Source: Terriglobia bacterium
GTDB taxonomy: Bacteria > Acidobacteriota > Terriglobia > UBA7540 > JAPUME01
Reading direction: 5' to 3'
NCBI GenBank assembly: GCA_965222885.1
Contig: OZ244973.1
Location: 3,946,141-4,010,140 of the forward strand
DNA: 64,000 nt
Shown here: positions 1 through 11,033 of the stretch, piece by piece
How positions within the stretch are numbered: position 1 is the first letter of the stretch
Layout of the letters: each line of letters opens with the position of its first letter
Notes under the pieces: generated by a model
The model's database searches: none
What the model saw: the letters and a program-made list of their open reading frames with translations, nothing else
What the model was told of the DNA's origin: nothing
Translations under genes and position numbers: made by a program

Positions 1-806
1 GGGCGCGGGACGTTTACACCGAGTTCGCCATGCCGACGGTCGGTATGAAGACGAATCGGGGTTATTCCTCCAGTCCCATCGCCTACGAAGAAACGCTGAT
101 TCTGCCGGTGGGAGGCCCCGGTCAGGCTGTGGCGGCCTTCGATCAGAAAGACGGGTCCCTGGTTTGGAAGAGTCAGAACTTTGCGCTTTCGCCCTCCTCT
201 CCCATTCTGATCGAGATCGACGGACAAAAACAGCTGGTGATGTTCATGGCCTCCCAGATCGTAGGTCTCGACCCTCGGAACGGAACCCTGTTCTGGAGCC
301 ATCCCCACAAGACCCAATATGATCTCAATATCTCGACTCCGATCTGGGACAAGGACCATCTGCTTTTCATGTCGTCGGCCTACGACGGCGGCAGCCGCGT
401 CGTCCGTCTGAGCCGCCGACAAGGCGAGACTTCTGCGCAAGAGGTTTGGTTCAGCAAGCGAATGCGGATCCATTTCGGGACGGCAATCCGCATAGCCGAT
501 ACCGTCTATGGATCCAGCGGCGACTTTGGCCCGGCTTTTCTGATGGCAGTCAACGTAAGAACCGGTGAGGTGCTCTCGCGCCAGAGAGGGTTGGCCAAGG
601 CCCAGATGATCTACGCGGACGGCAAGTTTGTGATCTTGGATGAAGACGGTACTCTCGCCCTCGCGATTCCTGCCTCGAACGGCTTCCAGGTGATTGCAAA
701 AGCTCAGGTCCTCAAGTCACCCGCGTGGACCGTGCCAACTCTGGTGGGCACTCGCCTGTTCTTGCGAGACCGTGAATCGATGTTGTCGTTCGATCTATCG
801 CCGTAA
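1..806 (+). CDS. PQQ-like beta-propeller repeat protein, C-terminal part (5' end outside window)
   Basis: The frame is open from the window edge into ORF 30..806. By eye the product aligns with the C-terminal ~260 aa of the full-length paralog at 9627..11003 (VGG...V.AF....G...W and repeated propeller-strand patterns). Confidence 0.6.
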   Translation, partial: ARDVYTEFAMPTVGMKTNRGYSSSPIAYEETLILPVGGPGQAVAAFDQKDGSLVWKSQNFALSPSSPILIEIDGQKQLVMFMASQIVGLDPRNGTLFWSHPHKTQYDLNISTPIWDKDHLLFMSSAYDGGSRVVRLSRRQGETSAQEVWFSKRMRIHFGTAIRIADTVYGSSGDFGPAFLMAVNVRTGEVLSRQRGLAKAQMIYADGKFVILDEDGTLALAIPASNGFQVIAKAQVLKSPAWTVPTLVGTRLFLRDRESMLSFDLSP

Positions 807-908
807 TGCCGGCGGCGAAACAAGAATCGACCGCGAACCGGCCCGTGTGAAAAAGAATCCATACATGGCGGGGCCCTCGTTATTCTTCCCGCGTTCGGCC
901 GCATTCCC

Positions 909-1697
909 CTAAGAGTCCGAGAGCACCTTCCGTAAGCTTTCGCCGTTCTCTTTGAGCCACCCGTGGAGAATCATAATGTCCGTACCCATGCAAAAATGGC
1001 GCACGCCCATGTCCAGGTAATACTTGGCCCTATCCAAGGACTCGATCTCGGCTCGTGGGGGTATTCCTTTCTGCAAGCAAGTCTCGATCACCTGGCGTTC
1101 GACAGCCCTGATCGGGGGAGATTGCCAGGCACCGGCCCGGCCAACGCTCATGGAGTAATCCGCCGGGCCCCACTGAACCATATCAATCCCTCCCACCGAG
1201 AGGACTTCCTCGAGTTGCTCCACGGCGGTTTTCTTCTCGATCATCAGGACAACCACGACGTCATCCAAGGCGCGGACGTATTCGGGGGTTCCAGCGTCCC
1301 ACATATAGGTGCTGCGGCGAACACCGACGCCGTGTACTCCGCCTGATCCCGGTGTCTCGGGACGGACGGCGCGGACGCATTCGCGCGCGTCTTCGACATT
1401 CCGGCTATCTGCGAAAAGAACGCTTTGAAACCCTGCCCCAATCGCTCTTTGGGCCAGGAAGCGCCGCGGTTCCTGATCGATCTTGATCATTGCCGTCATA
1501 TCGAACAACTCCACCGCCCGGCAAAAATTGTCCAGACCGTGCAAATCAAAGGGCGCGTATTCGGAAACAAATTCAACATAGTCGAACATGCCGGTATGCC
1601 CCACGACTTCCACAACAGAGGGCCAGGAACTATGAAGGTGGGTACCCAGGGTGGGCCGGCCGGTCTGGAGAAGCTCCCGCAGTTTATTTCGCCTCAT
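909..1697 (-). CDS. HpcH/HpaI aldolase / citrate-lyase family protein
   Basis: 262 aa. The N-terminus LRELLQTGRPTLGTHL, FDYVEFVSEYAPFD and the C-terminal AKYYLDMGVRHFCMG resemble 2-keto-3-deoxyacid aldolases of the HpcH/HpaI family. Recognised from memory of the family. Confidence 0.55.
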   Translation of the reverse strand: MRRNKLRELLQTGRPTLGTHLHSSWPSVVEVVGHTGMFDYVEFVSEYAPFDLHGLDNFCRAVELFDMTAMIKIDQEPRRFLAQRAIGAGFQSVLFADSRNVEDARECVRAVRPETPGSGGVHGVGVRRSTYMWDAGTPEYVRALDDVVVVLMIEKKTAVEQLEEVLSVGGIDMVQWGPADYSMSVGRAGAWQSPPIRAVERQVIETCLQKGIPPRAEIESLDRAKYYLDMGVRHFCMGTDIMILHGWLKENGESLRKVLSDS

Positions 1698-2117
1698 GGT
1701 GGTATCTCCTGATTCTGTTTAAGTCCTGATATGACATGCCAAATGCCCGGCAGGCAATGACAAGCTCGGCGACCCCTGCAACTTTCATCCGCCGCCTATT
1801 TTCTCCTGTCGGGTTCCACCTCGTGATGAGTACCAAGTACCGAATCGTTGCCATGCGGGGACGGAGCCGACCTGGGACTTGCCCTGATTGTCGAAAGGGT
1901 GAGTGCCGGCGTGAGAAAGGCCAAGGCGGTGGCAGAAACCATGCGGTTTCCGCGCAGTTGCAACAGCACTTGCTGAGGAACCATTGATCCGAGCTTGTGG
2001 GTAAATAGGCCGCCGCTTCCAGCGAGGACCTCATCCTACCGGGGCCGAGATGGAAACGATACCGACACCCAACCCCGCAGGAATCACTGGGTAAAATCGA
2101 CTGAGCCCAGCAACCGC

Positions 2118-3275
2118 CTACCCGGTCACCTGCTCCAAGATGGCGAAATCACCGGGGTTCCACGCCTGCACGATGAGATAGTATTTTCCCTGAATCTCCC
2201 GCATCACCGCGTTGTGAATGTGGGTAAAGTTTTCCAAGCCGAGATCCGCTTTGGGCATAACCGTGGAAACAAGTTTGTCATGCTCGAAGATATAGATGGG
2301 AGCACCCTTGCTGCGATCGGGTCCATGAAGACAGCCCACCACTCCATATTTCCCCACGTAATCGACATCGCAAGGGTAAGAGCCCATCGGCAATTTTAAC
2401 GTGGAGCGATAATGGCCGTAGCGCGTGAATCGGTCCACCTCCGCACGGGGCCGATCCGAAATATCCAACCGCTTCTTGCCAGGGGGCACAGTAATGCCGT
2501 GTGCCGTGCCGAACTGGCCCATTCCGGTTCCCTTGCCGCCGAATGCGAGATCGTGCCAGACCGCCTTAAACGGATCGAAACTGAGTATCCGGGCCGTCAA
2601 CACGTAATCCAGGCTTGAATAGCCCGTCGCCACATAAAAAAGCCCGTCCAGTTCCTCCACGTCGGTCGGCACAAAATTACCTTGCCCGCCGAAATAGTCG
2701 TTGACCGCCGCCTGATCGAAGTCGTCCCCCGCGCCCGGCGCGTTCAGCGTGTGAACCAGCTTTCCTTCCAGGTCCGTTGTATGGACGTGGCCGGTCCGGT
2801 CCGCAGGAAAGGTTAAATACCCATTGCCATTAGAACCATGCCAGAAGGTGGTATTGTGCATGTTCGTGTCTTTAACGTCGGCCGCAGTATCCAGCAGCCG
2901 TATGCTTTTCAGATCGGCGCTGATCCGCAAAATTCCCGCACCCGGAAGCGCGAAGTATGTCTCGCCTTTTCCCTCGCGGCGATCAATGGCAAATCCGCCA
3001 TGGGCCGATTGCAAGACTTTTACAGCCGGCTCGGGCAGATGGTCGGAAGAGTACATGACCTTGAACCGCATCTTTCCCTGGCCGCTGATTCCCGCAGCCG
3101 GTGCGGGCATGGCACGGGCCGCCGCTTGCGTGGCCGCTCCTTTTTTGCAAAGCCGGAGGCCTCGGGGGTAGTGCGCCTGAACGGGTTCTACCCCCAGGCT
3201 GATTCCCAACACGACGAGGAACCCGCAAAACAGTACGTTTCTTAGTCGTTCCATCGCGAAAAACCTCCCTGACAT
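2118..3275 (-). CDS. secreted beta-propeller-like (NHL-like) protein, function unknown
   Basis: Signal-like N-terminus (VLFCGFLVVLGISLGVEPVQA). G-x-G-x-GQF..HGI type repeats are typical of NHL/six-bladed propellers. Confidence 0.35.
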   Translation of the reverse strand: MSGRFFAMERLRNVLFCGFLVVLGISLGVEPVQAHYPRGLRLCKKGAATQAAARAMPAPAAGISGQGKMRFKVMYSSDHLPEPAVKVLQSAHGGFAIDRREGKGETYFALPGAGILRISADLKSIRLLDTAADVKDTNMHNTTFWHGSNGNGYLTFPADRTGHVHTTDLEGKLVHTLNAPGAGDDFDQAAVNDYFGGQGNFVPTDVEELDGLFYVATGYSSLDYVLTARILSFDPFKAVWHDLAFGGKGTGMGQFGTAHGITVPPGKKRLDISDRPRAEVDRFTRYGHYRSTLKLPMGSYPCDVDYVGKYGVVGCLHGPDRSKGAPIYIFEHDKLVSTVMPKADLGLENFTHIHNAVMREIQGKYYLIVQAWNPGDFAILEQVTG

Positions 3276-3642
3276 GGAATTCCCTCTCGAAAGATTGCTG
3301 ACCTATTACCGGAACGAAAGTATGGTAGGTCTTTTAGCACATATTCTGCGGATTGAAAAGATGCAGATACACAGGGCCGGGGCCACCCGCCCGCAAGGGA
3401 AAGGCGAATTCAGAACTCCCCATGATGTGACGTTATCCGCTTCGGAATTAGCGGCTCCAATCCCAATAGGTAAGAGGTTGGACGGCGATGGCAAGGAAGC
3501 GCGGAATCGTCAGCCCGATCGCGGTTGTGCCGACTGGGTCCGTTGGGTGCATCGCGCCCGTCCGAACGATGGCCGGGACGATCGCCCCTTGCGGCTGGAA
3601 GCAAGGGACGCCGAGCCGCTTGATCCCGCCTAATCGCCGGCC

Positions 3643-4941
3643 TCATGCAAGCTGCTTGAGGACATCCTCGGCACATTGCAGAGTGTGATCTACGTGATTC
3701 TCGGTATGGCTGAAACCGAGGTGGTTCCGTTTTAGATTGAGCGGAAGCTCGAAGATGCCCCGTTCGATCATCCCACGCCGGTAGGCCAGAAAACGCTCGG
3801 TGTCGTTCCGCATCAGGTCGGTGTAATTCCGGACCGGCCCTTCCAGGAAATAGACCAGGAAGATGGACCCAAAACCGGCTACGGTAGCTTTCACCCCCAG
3901 CCGGGAGATGATCTCGCATAAACCCTGCCGCATTCGCTCTCCCAAGCGGAAAAGATAGTCGTGGACGTTCCGGGTTTCCATGACCTCGATGGTAGCCAGC
4001 GAAGCCGCGCAGCCAATCGAGTGGCCGTTATAGGTCCCGGCGAAGAAAACGTCTCCTTCCGGATGGGTGTTGAATCGATCCATCAGATCGGTCCGGCCGC
4101 AAATTGCGGCCATGGGGAAGCCGTTGGCCATGGCCTTGGCCAGCGTCGTAAGGTCGGGCATGACGCCGCAATGCTCTTGGTAGCCGCCCAGACCGTGCCG
4201 GAATCCGGTGATTACCTCATCGAAAATCAGGATGGATCCCCGGTCACGAGTCAGGCTGCTAAGCCCCGCCAGAAACCCCGGCTCCGGCAGCACACATCCG
4301 ATGTTATGGGGAATAGGCTCTACGATCACCGCTGCCACCTCTCCCCGATGGGCGTGAAAGGTCTGCTCCACGTCGTCCAAGTCGTTAAAAGTGCAAACCA
4401 ATGTGTTATCAATGGCCTCATCCAACATGCCGGCCGATCCGGGGTCCCGTTGGCCGATCTTCTCGGGGGTGCTGAGCGCGTTGCGGAGGACGTAATCGTG
4501 CCAGCCGTGGTAACAACCCTGAAATTTGATGATCTTCCTTCGCCCCGTCACCGCCCGGGCAAGGCGGATCGCGTGATGGGTGGCTTCCGAGCCGGCGTTG
4601 CAGAACAAGACCTTTTCCGCGCTGGGCACATGCTCGACGATCTTCTGCGCCAGACGAATTTCCAAGTCCGTCGTGCCTACTCCGTAAAGGTCGGTTCGAC
4701 CGAGGGTTTCGATCACTCGTTGATTGACAAGGGGAAAGTTGTGACCGAGAACCATGGGTCCAAAGGCGGCATGGTAATCGATGTACTCGGTTCCCTCATG
4801 GTCGATGATCTTGGCCCCTTCCGCCCGCACGAATAGAGGGTGGGGAGGGACATTGCGAATGGAGGTATGGACTCCTCCCGGCGCATACCGGACGGCGTCT
4901 TGAAAGGATAGCTCGAAAGCTGTAGAGGTCGGCGACTTCAT
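3643..4941 (-). CDS. class-III PLP aminotransferase (glutamate-1-semialdehyde aminomutase-like)
   Basis: 432 aa. Motifs: FCNAGSEATHHAIRLAR, FDEVITGFR, and TLAKAMANGFP with the PLP lysine context. Confidence 0.75.
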   Translation of the reverse strand: MKSPTSTAFELSFQDAVRYAPGGVHTSIRNVPPHPLFVRAEGAKIIDHEGTEYIDYHAAFGPMVLGHNFPLVNQRVIETLGRTDLYGVGTTDLEIRLAQKIVEHVPSAEKVLFCNAGSEATHHAIRLARAVTGRRKIIKFQGCYHGWHDYVLRNALSTPEKIGQRDPGSAGMLDEAIDNTLVCTFNDLDDVEQTFHAHRGEVAAVIVEPIPHNIGCVLPEPGFLAGLSSLTRDRGSILIFDEVITGFRHGLGGYQEHCGVMPDLTTLAKAMANGFPMAAICGRTDLMDRFNTHPEGDVFFAGTYNGHSIGCAASLATIEVMETRNVHDYLFRLGERMRQGLCEIISRLGVKATVAGFGSIFLVYFLEGPVRNYTDLMRNDTERFLAYRRGMIERGIFELPLNLKRNHLGFSHTENHVDHTLQCAEDVLKQLA

Positions 4942-5054
4942 CGGTTTACCTCAAGATTCTTGATTTTACCCTTACGGGTTACGAAAGCGGATGACTGTGG
5001 TTTCCTACTCCAAAACCGAGGAAATTGCAAGGGCCGGCCGAACACTCGGCAGGG

Positions 5055-6464
5055 TCAAAAAATCTTCACCCGTGTCTGCTCTCGCCATCTTTTGAGCCTT
5101 CGGTGGAGGTCAGCGACTTTTCCGGGCATTTGGGAAGCCAAATCCCGGCTCTCACCCACGTCGTCGTTCAGGTTGTAAAGCTCGCGCTTGCCGGTGGTAA
5201 AGTCTTCGTGGAGCTTCCAGTCATCCATGCGAATGGCGCCGCTTGATCTTCCGCCCAAGAAATGGGGGCTGCTCAACGGGTAATGCCAATAGAGAGCTTT
5301 CCGGGGAAGCTTTGCCTCCGGGTTCTTGAACACCCGAAGCAAGGAAACCCCGTCGAGAGGTGGCCGACGATCCGGCCGGAGGCCCGCGAGGGCGCAAAAG
5401 GATGGGTAGAAATCCACCGTCGTCACCGGAAGGCTCGAGACCGCGCCCGGCTCGACAGTCCCCGGCCAGCGCACAATCAAAGGGACGCGAATCCCACCCT
5501 CATAGAGGGTCGATTTGCCGGCCCGGAGAGGCCCATTGAGGGTAACGCCCGCCGCGGCGGACTCTCCGCCGTTGTCCGAGGTGAAGATCAACAGAGTGTT
5601 GTCCGTCAAGCTGAGCTCTTCGAGCTTGTCCACAATCATCCCCACGCCCTCATTGATGCTTTCAAGCTGGGCGGCCAGGTGAACATTGTTGAACTCGGCC
5701 TGTTCCCCCTTTCCGGCTCCGGGCTTCTTCTGGTATTTCGCCACTCGATCCGGCCGACCGACCAAGCGTGTATGGACCGCATAGTGGCTCAAGAAAAGAA
5801 AGAAAGACTCGTTCCGGTGACGTTCGATGAACTCGACCGCCTCCAGATTCATTCGGTCCACCAGATATTCTTTCCCCGGAAGCCGCGGGCGGATTTCACG
5901 GTTGAAGTGGTACGGATGAAAGTAGCTTCCGCCGCCGATACCGCGATTCTCCGAAATCAAAGTTTCATCAAAGCCGTGCTCGGCGGGAGGAACTTCCTTT
6001 GCTCCATAGTTCTTGTAACCCGTAAGATGCCATTTGCCCAAAATCCCGGTGGTGTACCCGCGTTGCCGAAGCGCCTCGGCCAGGGTGAAGTATGCAACGG
6101 AAAGATGTTTCGGGTCGTCGGGACGAAGGAAGTCGGTGATACCCACTCGCGTCGGATGCATGCCGGTAAGCAGGCTGGCCCGCGTAGGGGAACAGACCGG
6201 AGCCGCGGCGTAGGCGTCGGTGAATCGCATCCCTTCGGCCGCCAGCCGGTCCAGGTGGGGCGTTTCGTTAAAAGTGTTGCCATAGCAACCCAGCTCCGCC
6301 CAGCCTAAATCATCCGCCAGAATGAAAACGATATTCGGCGCCCGTTGGGGCTCCTCTCGGAAGAACACCCACACCGTTCCGAGGGTAAGGGTCAGAATGA
6401 AAGCCGCATAGAATGTAAATCTTGCCATCATTAGTTTTGGCGATTCCATTTTTGGAAATATCAT
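5055..6464 (-). CDS. sulfatase (arylsulfatase A family)
   Basis: NIVFILADDLGW and APVCSPTRASLLTG (C-x-P-x-R formylglycine motif). Hydrophobic N-terminal anchor or signal. Confidence 0.85.
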   Translation of the reverse strand: MIFPKMESPKLMMARFTFYAAFILTLTLGTVWVFFREEPQRAPNIVFILADDLGWAELGCYGNTFNETPHLDRLAAEGMRFTDAYAAAPVCSPTRASLLTGMHPTRVGITDFLRPDDPKHLSVAYFTLAEALRQRGYTTGILGKWHLTGYKNYGAKEVPPAEHGFDETLISENRGIGGGSYFHPYHFNREIRPRLPGKEYLVDRMNLEAVEFIERHRNESFFLFLSHYAVHTRLVGRPDRVAKYQKKPGAGKGEQAEFNNVHLAAQLESINEGVGMIVDKLEELSLTDNTLLIFTSDNGGESAAAGVTLNGPLRAGKSTLYEGGIRVPLIVRWPGTVEPGAVSSLPVTTVDFYPSFCALAGLRPDRRPPLDGVSLLRVFKNPEAKLPRKALYWHYPLSSPHFLGGRSSGAIRMDDWKLHEDFTTGKRELYNLNDDVGESRDLASQMPGKVADLHRRLKRWREQTRVKIF

Positions 6465-6582
6465 AAACTACGCACGATCGGGTTGCCAGTCGAAGAACCG
6501 GCGGTGGGGCGACTCTTGTGAAGCAGCCAGCCTTCTGAGAGAATCCCGGCATTCGCAGCCCGGACCGAGAGGGGACAGAGCC

Positions 6583-7842
6583 ATGAACCGTATTCTGCGG
6601 GTCCTGTTTGCCGGAGCCATCAGCCTAATCCTAGCGGGAGAAAACATGCGGGCGAATGACCCTGATTCCCATCGGGCCAGCCGGTCCACGAACACCTCGA
6701 AAGCGGTGGAACCTTTTGCGATTCAGGTTGAGGACTCGGTCCTGAAGGACCTTCAGGACCGACTGATGCGCACCCGTCTGCCGGACCAGCTTGCGGCGGC
6801 GAGGTGGGATTACGGGACCGATCTGGGCTATCTAAGAGAAGTCATCGAATACTGGCGCACGGAGTACGACTGGCGAGAGCAGGAACGCAAGCTCAATCAA
6901 CTCGACCATTTCAAAACCACGATCGACGGTCTCGACATTCACTTCATCCATCAACGCTCCCCGGAGAAGAGTGCGCTGCCGCTGGTTATCACGCACGGCT
7001 GGCCCGGCTCGGTCGCGGAATTCATGAAAGTTTTGGGGCCGCTAACCGACCCCGTCGCACACGGCGGACGCGCCGAGGACGCCTTTCACGTCGTCCTACC
7101 CTCGATGCCCGGCTACGGCTTTTCCGATAAGCCGCGCCAAAAGGGCTTCAACAGTGATCACGTCGGTCAGGTCGTGGCCAAGCTCATGGCCCGCCTGGGT
7201 TACTCCCGCTACGGAGCACAGGGAGGCGACTGGGGCGCCGCGGTCACCTCCTGGCTGGGCAGCCATGACGCGGCGCACGTGGCCGGGATTCATCTGAATA
7301 TGGTCTGGGTAGGTCCGCCCGAAGGAGCCGAAGACCCCGAAGAAGGCATCCCCGCCTGGGAGCTCGAACGCAGCCAGAAGCGCCGCGAGTGGTGGAAACA
7401 GGAGCGGGCCTACGGCGAGCTCCACGGCACCAAACCACAAACCCTCGGCTATGGGCTGAACGATTCACCCGCCGGCTTGGCAGCCTGGATTCTCGAAAAA
7501 TTCCGTACCTGGTGTGACTGTGACGGGCATCCCGAGAAACGTTTTACCCGAGACGAGCTGCTCACCAACGTAATGATCTATTGGGTAACTCGAACCATCA
7601 CTTCCTCCATGCGGCTCTACTATGAAACCCGCCACAACCCGCTCGCGCAAGGCCGCGTGGAGGTTCCCACCGGAGTGGCGATCTTCCCGGGTGAAATTGT
7701 CTTTTCGCCCCGCAAATGGGTGGAGGCCCGGTACAACGTTACCCGTTGGACGGAAATGCCCCGCGGCGGACACTTCGCCGCCATGGAAGAGCCTGAACTG
7801 TTCGTGGAGGACGTCCGGGCCTTCTTCCGCAATCTCCGGTAA
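6583..7842 (+). CDS. epoxide hydrolase family alpha/beta hydrolase
   Basis: Signal-like N-terminus. Epoxide-hydrolase N-terminal domain pattern (FAIQVEDSVLKDLQDRLMRTRLPD), HGWPGS motif, alpha/beta-hydrolase core. Confidence 0.75.
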   Translation: MNRILRVLFAGAISLILAGENMRANDPDSHRASRSTNTSKAVEPFAIQVEDSVLKDLQDRLMRTRLPDQLAAARWDYGTDLGYLREVIEYWRTEYDWREQERKLNQLDHFKTTIDGLDIHFIHQRSPEKSALPLVITHGWPGSVAEFMKVLGPLTDPVAHGGRAEDAFHVVLPSMPGYGFSDKPRQKGFNSDHVGQVVAKLMARLGYSRYGAQGGDWGAAVTSWLGSHDAAHVAGIHLNMVWVGPPEGAEDPEEGIPAWELERSQKRREWWKQERAYGELHGTKPQTLGYGLNDSPAGLAAWILEKFRTWCDCDGHPEKRFTRDELLTNVMIYWVTRTITSSMRLYYETRHNPLAQGRVEVPTGVAIFPGEIVFSPRKWVEARYNVTRWTEMPRGGHFAAMEEPELFVEDVRAFFRNLR

Positions 7843-7887
7843 GGCTCGCGTGCTCTGCCCGACTCGATGCTGCCGAGCCACGCGTGC

Positions 7888-9345
7888 TTAAAAGGGGAGT
7901 TTCGGCGTGTAGAGGCCGGGGGTTTCCTGCGTAGAGTGATACATCTTGAACCCCAGATAATTTCCGAAGGCTTCCCACAGTACGTTGCCGACGTGAGCCT
8001 GCGTTATGGCGACGTGGTGCGGGAAATGATTCAGCAGAACGTCGCGATAGAGGCGTTGGAGGTTTTGAATGCGGCACCAGCCGTACCCGCCGAAGGTGAC
8101 CGCCGGATTATCCTCAATCTGCCCCTGCGCCACCACCGCTTTCCAGGAACCGTCCGGGTCCTGAGTGACCCGCGACAGGGTAAGCGGGGATTGCTTGCAG
8201 GCAAACTCGACGACTCCCTGTGAATCCTCCCTCCGGGCGGCGCCACTGGAGGCGATGATCTCCTGCGTGCCCAATTTCGGTTGCGTCTTGGCAAAACTCT
8301 TGGGAAACACGCCGCAGTGCCATACGTTGACGAGTTCGTCGTCATCATTGTGCAGATTGTTCCAATCGGCCAGGGTCGCCGGCACGCCGCTGGCCAGCAA
8401 GCAGGCGTGCATCGACATGGTCCCCAAAATATCCGCCTCGCAGGCGGAGGGAATGCCCTCGTCCCCGAACCGGCTCATGGTCGTACAACTGCAAATGCCC
8501 AGGTTCGCCTGAATCGAAGTCCAGCACTGGACGGCCAGGGCGTCGAGTCCATTGGCTTCGCGCCACCGCCGCAAGAAGAGCTCGAATTTGGCGATCTTCA
8601 GCACCGCGCCGTCGGCGACCGCCGAGGTATCCGCGTACTCGCTGACCTGCCGGAGGGTCTTCTGCACCTCAAGGTCGTTGTCCGGGATCCGATTCACGCC
8701 GGCAATGGCTTCCGAAAGGTCCAACACGACGGTGGTTGGCCCTAACCGTTGCAACTGCTTCTCATCGAATCGGCAAGTCCAGAAGGCTTCCGGGCGGGCG
8801 CCAATCTGGCCGTAGCGTGCGTTCCGAATTTGATTGACGACCCGGCAGACGCGTGTAAACCAGTCCAAATCGTCGCGGAAAGACTCGTCGGTAGGAAAAC
8901 AGATCGGCCGTTTTGCCACACTGTACTTCACGCCAATCTGCCGCAGGCCCTCGCCGATCGAAAGCAGGCCGCAGAAGGCATCCCGCCGCTCGGTCTTCAT
9001 CGTGAGGCGTTCTTCTTCCTGACAGCCGAAGATCAGGACCGGCACATCGAGTCGAGCCCGGCGAACCACCCACGCCGCAGCTTGCTCGTCTCCGAAGTTG
9101 ACAGCGCCGATGACGATTCCCTGCACGTCGTGTTTCCGAAACAGGTCCGCGCACAACTCGGCCTCCCGGATGTTTTCGACGCACCCCACTTTGGTTTGTT
9201 GCTCGTCGGGCACCACCACCTCGATCCCCAACGCATTCATGGCGTCGAGGGTCTGCTGGCGCATCTTGGCGGCCAACCGGGGACTGAAAAATCCACGATT
9301 GGCGGGTACGAATCCGAGTTTAACTTTGGTCTGCGTGACGCTCAT
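7888..9345 (-). CDS. L-fucose/L-arabinose isomerase family protein
   Basis: 485 aa. The N-terminal KLGFVPANRGFF...GIEVV...GIVIGAVNFGDE pattern is typical of the family. Confidence 0.65.
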   Translation of the reverse strand: MSVTQTKVKLGFVPANRGFFSPRLAAKMRQQTLDAMNALGIEVVVPDEQQTKVGCVENIREAELCADLFRKHDVQGIVIGAVNFGDEQAAAWVVRRARLDVPVLIFGCQEEERLTMKTERRDAFCGLLSIGEGLRQIGVKYSVAKRPICFPTDESFRDDLDWFTRVCRVVNQIRNARYGQIGARPEAFWTCRFDEKQLQRLGPTTVVLDLSEAIAGVNRIPDNDLEVQKTLRQVSEYADTSAVADGAVLKIAKFELFLRRWREANGLDALAVQCWTSIQANLGICSCTTMSRFGDEGIPSACEADILGTMSMHACLLASGVPATLADWNNLHNDDDELVNVWHCGVFPKSFAKTQPKLGTQEIIASSGAARREDSQGVVEFACKQSPLTLSRVTQDPDGSWKAVVAQGQIEDNPAVTFGGYGWCRIQNLQRLYRDVLLNHFPHHVAITQAHVGNVLWEAFGNYLGFKMYHSTQETPGLYTPKLPF

Positions 9346-9626
9346 TTTTCTCTCCCTCCTGCCTTGCCCAGCCCATTCGCCGCGCCCAGCAAAAAGCGGC
9401 CGTCCAAAGCATTGGCGTCCTAAGCTTATTAGCAGAGAAAGGGGTCGCTAGGCAAATGAGAAAGAGCGGTCGGGACAAGGTGCCTCTTTCAGGCCCAATA
9501 GAAAACAGCCCACGCCAGGGTGGTCAAACGCCCCCACAGCAGGTAGAATAGGCGTCTCAAAAACCAGACGACGAGTTGGCAGCAACCCGCCGGGTCTGGC
9601 CCTTGTGAAACCTTGATCCGGCGGTT

Positions 9627-11003
9627 ATGACCGACCCGCGAGTGACTCTCATCGGGAGGCAACATCAGATGCCCATCCGAACCAAGACGGCTCGATTCAT
9701 TTTAGCGTTCGCTCTTCTGGGATGGCTGGTACAGGGTTTCCCTCTGCTTTCAGAGGATTGGCCGGAGTGGCGCGGCGCGGGCCGCAGAGGCATCTGGAAT
9801 GAAACCGGCATTCTGGAAAGGTTCCCCCCAAGCGGCCTGGAACTGAAATGGCGAACCCCGATCCACGGAGGTTACGCCGGGCCGGCGGTGGCCGACGGGC
9901 GCGTCTATGTCACGGATTTCATTTCGCATCCAGGCTCCGGAGGCATCGAGCGGGCTCTGTGTTTGAGCGAACAGACCGGAGAAGTCCTCTGGACGCATCA
10001 CTGGGAAGTGGACTACGCAGGAATGGATTACGCCTATGGCCCTCGCGCCACACCTACTGTGGACGGGGATCGAGTGTACACGCTGGGTGCGCAAGGGATG
10101 CTCCACTGTCTGGACGCCAAAACGGGGAAGGTAATCTGGAAAAAAGACTATGTCAAAGATTACCGAACCGAGCCGCCCGTCTGGGGAATGGTAGGCGCGC
10201 CGCTGGTGGACGGTAAGCGATTGATTTGCCTGGTCGGCGGCACACCCGACGCCAAAGTAATGGCTTTCAATAAACACACCGGAGAAGAAATGTGGCGGAC
10301 TCTCCGTTCTGATTCCGAGCCGGGATACAATCCACCCTTCCTGATCGAGAATGACCGAACGCGGCAAGTTATCATCTGGCACCCGAAGGCGGTGACTTCA
10401 CTGGACCCGGAGACGGGGGAAATTTATTGGGAACATCCCTTCAAGGTTCGTAGCGGCCTGACCGTGGCCACACCGGTCCTCAGTGGGCGGCAACTGCTGG
10501 TTTCCTCGTTTTATAACGGCTCGCGCCTGCTCCGGCTTGATCCGGATCAGCCCGGTGCGGAACTGGTCTGGAAAGGAAACAGTGACAGCGAAATTACCTC
10601 CGACGGCCTCCACGCGCTGATCACCACGCCCGTCATCCACGGGAACTACATCTACGGAATTTGCAGCTACGGGCAGTTCCGATGCCTGGATGCCCGCACG
10701 GGGAAAAGGGTATGGGAAACATTGGAGGTAACCCGGGAAAAAGCTCGTTGGGCCTGTGGCTTCATCGTTCAAAACCAAGACCGCTTTTTTATCAACAACG
10801 ACCGCGGCGACTTGATCCTCGCCCGGCTCGCACCTGAAGGGTATCAGGAGATCAGCCGCATCAAGCTCATCCAGCCGACCACGCCGGCAAGCCGCCGGCG
10901 AGAGCTGGGGGCGGTGAACTGGTCCCACCCAGCTTATGCCAATCGCCACATCATCATTCGAAACGATGTAGAGATACTGCGGTATTCATTAGAGAAACCA
11001 TAG
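9627..11003 (+). CDS. PQQ-like beta-propeller repeat protein (secreted)
   Basis: 458 aa. WPEWRG...GIWNE start typical of outer-membrane PQQ-like propellers. An alternative Met at 9669 precedes a signal-like helix. Paralog of the partial gene at 1..806. Confidence 0.65.
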   Translation: MTDPRVTLIGRQHQMPIRTKTARFILAFALLGWLVQGFPLLSEDWPEWRGAGRRGIWNETGILERFPPSGLELKWRTPIHGGYAGPAVADGRVYVTDFISHPGSGGIERALCLSEQTGEVLWTHHWEVDYAGMDYAYGPRATPTVDGDRVYTLGAQGMLHCLDAKTGKVIWKKDYVKDYRTEPPVWGMVGAPLVDGKRLICLVGGTPDAKVMAFNKHTGEEMWRTLRSDSEPGYNPPFLIENDRTRQVIIWHPKAVTSLDPETGEIYWEHPFKVRSGLTVATPVLSGRQLLVSSFYNGSRLLRLDPDQPGAELVWKGNSDSEITSDGLHALITTPVIHGNYIYGICSYGQFRCLDARTGKRVWETLEVTREKARWACGFIVQNQDRFFINNDRGDLILARLAPEGYQEISRIKLIQPTTPASRRRELGAVNWSHPAYANRHIIIRNDVEILRYSLEKP

Positions 11004-11033
11004 GTTCTCACCATGAAAAGGGGGTGAACTCAA

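Noticed and set aside
5262-6308. 348-aa + strand ORF
   Set aside because: It lies entirely antisense to the well-supported sulfatase gene. Its Arg/Gly/Pro-rich composition is typical of spurious antisense frames in high-GC DNA.
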